64,000 nucleotides of DNA from Streptosporangiales bacterium (GTDB lineage Bacteria; Actinomycetota; Actinomycetes; Streptosporangiales; WHST01): NCBI GenBank assembly GCA_009379825.1, contig WHTA01000016.1, positions 32,224-96,223 of the forward strand. The letters run 5' to 3'. Positions 60,394 to 64,000 of the stretch are shown one piece after another. The position numbers and the translations under genes were made by a program. The number at the start of each line of letters is the position of its first letter. Positions within the stretch are counted from its first letter, which is position 1. The notes beneath the pieces were generated by a model, which was given only the letters and a program-made list of their open reading frames with translations, did not search any database and had not been told where the DNA came from.

Positions 60394-60501
60394 TACCGGC
60401 CAGGCGGCAGGAAGTACGCCGACGCGGCCGTGCTCGCGGCAGCGAAGGTGTTCCAGGACGCCAGGCCGTGGATGGACGCCCGCCCCAGCCTGGGCGTCTG
60501 A
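60394..60501 (+). pseudogene. Relic of the 3-prime end of a second amidase gene
   Basis: 60421-60503 aligns by hand to 56847-56929 (the end of the intact amidase) with 70/83 identical nt. It translates to YADAAVLAAAKVFQDARPWMDARPSLGV plus a stop, versus HADAAVLAAAKAFQDAKPWTATRPTLES plus a stop. Confidence 0.65.
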
Positions 60502-60506
60502 CCACG

Positions 60507-61161
60507 TCAGCTCAGCCCTGCGTCGTGGGCGAGGATGGCGAGCTGGGTGCGGTTGTTCATGCCCAGCTTGGTGAGTAGCCGGGAGATGTGTGCCTTGACC
60601 GTCGCGACGCTCATGTAGAGCTCGCCGGCGATCTCGGCGTTCGACTTGCCGACGGCGGGCGCGACGACGACCTCGCGCTCCCTGTCGCTGAGCTGTTCGA
60701 CCAGCCGGCCGGCGCGCAGCCGGCGGTCGTCGCCGCTGTCGGCGAGGTGGCCGATCAGCTGACGGGTGACGGAAGGCGACAGCATCGGGTCACCGGCCGC
60801 GACCCGCGACACGGCGCGGACGATCTCCTCGGGCGGGCTGTCCTTCAGCAGGAAGCCGCTCGCGCCGGCACGCAGCGCGCGCATCACGTGCTCGTCGGTG
60901 TCGAACGTGGTGAGTACGATCACCTCGGGCGCGTCCGCGCGGGTGCGCAGCTGCTCGGTCGCGGTGAGGCCGTCCAGCTTCGGCATCCGGATGTCCATCA
61001 GCACGACGTCGGGGGAGTGGGTGCGGGCGGCGGCGGCGACGTCCGCGCCGTCGGTCACCTCCGCGACGACGTCGAGCTTCGGTGCCGCCGAGGATCATCC
61101 GCAGGCCGGCGAGGACCAGTGGGTCGTCGTCGACGAGCAGTACCCGTACAGGTTCGCTCAC
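60507..61161 (-). pseudogene. NarL/LuxR-family response regulator, frameshifted in the receiver domain
   Basis: GTG 61161 overlaps the kinase stop (GTGA) and reads VSEPVRVLLVDDDPLVLAGLRMILGG. Track ORF 60507..61058 then continues in another frame (...DVVLMDIRMPKLDG...LSDREREVV...EIAGELYMSVATVKAHISRLLTKLG). The junction is about 61078-61084. The span is 655 nt. Confidence 0.7.
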
Positions 61162-62318
61162 GTCGGCCACGGTAGCCACGCCTCAAGTCCGAACTCGCCG
61201 GCGGGGGTACGTCCGTGGCTCAGCCGCCCGCCGGCCAGCTCGGCCCGCTCGGTCATGCCGATCAGGCCGGTGCCCGCCCCGGGGACGCCGGTGGGCTCGT
61301 CGGTCGGCGGCAGCGCGTTGCGCGCCCGCACGGTCAGTCCCGCGCCAGGGCCGCCGTGCACGTCCAACGTGACCGGCATGCCAGGAGCGTGCTTGCGTGC
61401 GTTGGTCATTGCCTCCTGCACCACGCGGTACGCGGTCCTGCCGACGCTTGCCGGCACCGAGTCCACGTCGTCGACGTGTTCGTCGTACGTCACCTGCACG
61501 CCGGCCGCCTGCGCCGCGTTCACCAGCTCGCGCACCGTGGCGAGCGTCGGCTGCGGGTAGTCGCCGTTGCCGTCCGTGATGCCGGTGCGGAGTACGCCGA
61601 TCACCTCGCGGAGGTCCTGGAGCGCCTGGTGGGTGCTGTTGCGTATCACCTTCAACGACGCGGCGACCTCGTCGGTCGGTGCATCGCGGCGGAACTCCAG
61701 TGCCCCGACATGCATGCTCAGGAGCGAGAGCCGGTGCGCCAGCACGTCGTGCATCTCCCTGGCGATGTGCTCGCGCTCCAGTTGCTTCGCCTCGTCCACC
61801 CGCTGCTGTTGTTCCGCTTCGGCGCGGCGTGCCATGGAGAGCAGCAGCTGTCGCCTCGCCCGGACGAAGCTGCCCCAGGCGAACAGCGCGACGCCGGACG
61901 CGACCACGATCACCAGGTGCCCGGTGTAGGGCAGCGGAGCGATCGGGTAAAGCAGCGGCATCGCCAGCCAGGATGCCACGAGCAGTGCGGTGAGCGCCGC
62001 GCCGACGGGGAGCCGCCGGTGGATCGTGGTGCGGGTGAGGTTGATGGCGGCGGGGATCCCGATGGCCGGCGCGACGACGACGAGCGCCGCCGGCACGACC
62101 GTGCTCGCCACCGGCAGCCGCCGCCACGCGAACAGGGCCACACAGCCGAGCACCGCCCCGGCGGCGTCGACGGCCACGAGCGCGGTCGACACCGGTGGCT
62201 CGGCGACCGCGTAACCGGTCACGCCGAAGGCGGCGACGAGCACCAAAAAGGGCCACGTAGCCGACCTCCCGCACCCATTCGCGGCGGGTGCGGCGGGTGC
62301 GCGGCGGTGCGGGTGCAC
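61158..62318 (-). CDS. Sensor histidine kinase (HisKA_3 / NarX-type)
   Basis: N-terminal TM segments, an H-box (REHIAREMHDVLAHRLSLL), and a C-terminal HATPase (NARKHAPG...GTGLIGMTERAELAGG). Confidence 0.9.
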   Translation of the reverse strand: MHPHRRAPAAPAANGCGRSATWPFLVLVAAFGVTGYAVAEPPVSTALVAVDAAGAVLGCVALFAWRRLPVASTVVPAALVVVAPAIGIPAAINLTRTTIHRRLPVGAALTALLVASWLAMPLLYPIAPLPYTGHLVIVVASGVALFAWGSFVRARRQLLLSMARRAEAEQQQRVDEAKQLEREHIAREMHDVLAHRLSLLSMHVGALEFRRDAPTDEVAASLKVIRNSTHQALQDLREVIGVLRTGITDGNGDYPQPTLATVRELVNAAQAAGVQVTYDEHVDDVDSVPASVGRTAYRVVQEAMTNARKHAPGMPVTLDVHGGPGAGLTVRARNALPPTDEPTGVPGAGTGLIGMTERAELAGGRLSHGRTPAGEFGLEAWLPWPT

Positions 62319-62490
62319 CGTCGCTCTCCGGCAGCAACAGCGCGGACAGCAGCCAGCGCTGGTCGTGCTCTGGGGCAGCAGGTTGGGCGCAGCTCATGTC
62401 GCGGAACACCACGGGGCGGCGGTGCGAGCAGACAGCAACCTGCGGCTATTCGCCCTAGCCGTTGGTCGATGCGGCATGCACGTTCGGCCG

Positions 62491-62525
62491 ACGCGACGCG
62501 ACGCGACGCGACGCGACGCGACGCG
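62491..62525. repeat. Pentanucleotide microsatellite (ACGCG)x7, followed by a degenerate eighth unit ACGCC
   Basis: Read directly, in the intergenic region between the kinase start and the GT39 gene. Confidence 0.9.
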
Positions 62526-62630
62526 ACGCCGCGCCGCCGTCCGCCAGGCTGCTGCCATGCCACACCCACGCGTACGGACCAGCCCACGGAGCTCGAAGGG
62601 GCGGCGTTACCGCGCTTCGCCGCCGGACCG

Positions 62631-64000
62631 GTGCTCGCCATCGCGGGTGCGACGAGCCTCGTGCTCCTGCTCAACAGCGGCCGCGGCGGGTACCTGGCCG
62701 ACGAGGTCTACTTCATCCGTGCCGGCAACCGTCCATCGTTCGGCTACGCGGACCAGCCGCCGCTTGTGCCGCTGCTGGCCCGCTTCCTCGACGACCTGTT
62801 CCCCGGACTCGCTGGTGTGGCTGCGGCTGCCGATGACGCTGCTCGCCGGCGTGGGCGTGGTGCTGAGCGTGCTGCTCGCCAGGGAGTTCAGCGGGTACGC
62901 GGCCGCGCCCAGTGGCTGGCCGCGGCCGCGTACCCGCTGTCGCCGCTGCTGCTCGGGTTCGGCCGCGTGCTCGCGACGTACTCCATCGACCCGGTGCTGT
63001 GGACGTTGGCGATCTGGCTGCTCGTCCGCTGGTTGCGGCTGTGGCACCACGGCGTGCGCGCGGACCGTTATCTGCTGCTCTTCGGCTTGGTCATCGCGCT
63101 GGACGTACAGGTGAAGTACCTGGTGGGTGGCTTCCTCGTCGTGCTCGCCGTGGCGGTGCTCGCGGTCGGGCCGCGGCGCCTGTTGCTGCGCCCGATGCTC
63201 TGGCTGGGCGCGGCGGTCACCGTGCTCACGATGATCCCTGGCGTGCTCTGGCAGGCGAGCCACGGCTGGCCGCAGCTGGAGATGGCGCAGGTGCTCTCCA
63301 AGGGCGCGAAGCTGATCTGGGAGCCGGCCTGGTTCGTGCCCGCCGTCGTCGTAGGTGCCGGGTTGCCCGGTGGGTTCCTGTTGTGTGCCGGCCTGTGGCG
63401 GCTGGTGCGGACGGAACAGCTGCGCCCGTACCGGTGTCTCGGGTGGGCGGCCATCGGCACCACGGTGCTGTTCGCGGTCACCGGCGGTGGGTTCTACTAC
63501 GCCGCGGGGTTGCTGCCGCTCGGCGTGGCGGCCGCCACGCCGAGCGGCAGCAACCCCGCGGCGGCACGGTGGTGGCGGTGGGTGCCCACGGTGCCCGCGT
63601 GCGTGGTGGCGGCGGTGCTCGTCGGGGTGAGCACGTTCGCCACGGCGACGCCAGGCATGGGCCTCAGCGGCGGCTGGTCCGAGGTGGCCAAAGGCACCGC
63701 CGCGGCCTACCGCGACCTGCCCGCGCAGCAGCGGGACAGGACGGTCGTCATGGCGCACTGGTACTTCCAGGCCGCCGCGGTGGAGAAGTTCGGCCCGCGG
63801 TACGGCCTGCCGGAACGGGTTTACAGCTCGAACCGCGGGTACTGGTACTTCGGCGCGCCGCCGGCCGGCACCGAGCGGGTGCTGTACGTCGGTGGCAGCG
63901 CGCGCGAGTTGCGCCGGTCGTTCGGCAACGTGCGGCGGGTCGACACCGTCGACGGGCTCGGCTCGGGCACGGCCGGCTCGAACAAGGACGTCCCCCTCTG
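62631..64000 (+). CDS. Glycosyltransferase family 39 (ArnT/PMT-like) membrane protein, 3-prime end beyond window; internal out-of-frame segment
   Basis: Frame 0 reads GYLADEVYFIRAGNRPSFGYADQPPLVPLL, and later YPLSPLLLGF...HGWPQLEMA...NRGYWYFGAPP to the window end. Between about 62800 and 62895 the family-like sequence (SLVWLRLPMTLLAGVGVVLSVLLAREFSG) is in frame +1. The start GTG 62631 is tentative. Confidence 0.7.
   Translation, partial: MLAIAGATSLVLLLNSGRGGYLADEVYFIRAGNRPSFGYADQPPLVPLLARFLDDLFPGLAGVAAAADDAARRRGRGAERAARQGVQRVRGRAQWLAAAAYPLSPLLLGFGRVLATYSIDPVLWTLAIWLLVRWLRLWHHGVRADRYLLLFGLVIALDVQVKYLVGGFLVVLAVAVLAVGPRRLLLRPMLWLGAAVTVLTMIPGVLWQASHGWPQLEMAQVLSKGAKLIWEPAWFVPAVVVGAGLPGGFLLCAGLWRLVRTEQLRPYRCLGWAAIGTTVLFAVTGGGFYYAAGLLPLGVAAATPSGSNPAAARWWRWVPTVPACVVAAVLVGVSTFATATPGMGLSGGWSEVAKGTAAAYRDLPAQQRDRTVVMAHWYFQAAAVEKFGPRYGLPERVYSSNRGYWYFGAPPAGTERVLYVGGSARELRRSFGNVRRVDTVDGLGSGTAGSNKDVPL

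Noticed and set aside
60357-60505. Upstream in-frame extension of the small membrane ORF (…ASWNTFAAASTAASAYFLPPGRYQVRFHTSYFF…) on the minus strand.
   Set aside because: There is no ATG/GTG/TTG start in that stretch, and most of it is antisense to the amidase relic. The open frame there is probably incidental, although truncation of a once-longer gene cannot be excluded.

Overview
High-GC (about 70% by eye, not computed) Actinomycetota chromosomal segment. It is gene dense, with many ATGA/GTGA/TGATG start-stop overlaps. I saw no rRNA, tRNA, CRISPR array, transposase or integrase. Content is mainly nitrogen and C1 catabolism under many local regulators.

Main blocks:
- 1-2.7 kb: truncated UbiD decarboxylase, two gene remnants, and a TetR-SMR efflux pair.
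- 2.8-10.5 kb: LAL-type LuxR regulator divergent from a 4-gene overlapped operon (two FGGY kinases, a histidine phosphatase, a 2-hydroxyacid dehydrogenase).
- 10.8-16.6 kb: PucR regulator divergent from an MFS transporter, a guanidino-modifying-superfamily enzyme, and a urease (gamma-beta fusion plus alpha) with no accessory genes.
- 19.2-22.9 kb: fused hydantoinase/oxoprolinase.
- 24-39 kb: gene set matching the N-methylglutamate route of methylamine oxidation (soxBDAG-type dehydrogenase, fhs, cyclohydrolase, folD, three glutamate-synthase-domain proteins, GS-like ligase).
- 39-42.3 kb: that operon continues into a chain of uncharacterised small membrane proteins around an ethanolamine-type APC permease.
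- 45-57 kb: a catabolic locus (gabT, gabD, two maleate-isomerase-like paralogs, GDH-family dehydrogenase, DUF3830, 2-hydroxyacid dehydrogenase, amidase, GntR). A recurring palindrome, GATTGTTGACAATC, ties it together and also sits in front of the distant oxoprolinase.
- 48.1-50.1 kb, inside that locus: four tandem paralogous small ORFs of no family I can name, two of them damaged.
- 57-60.5 kb: XRE-TPR/ABM/DUF397 segment bounded by a relic of a second amidase.
- 60.5-64 kb: NarL-type two-component system and a partial GT39 glycosyltransferase.

An unusual number of genes carry frameshifts, so either assembly indels or real decay must be resolved before interpreting them.
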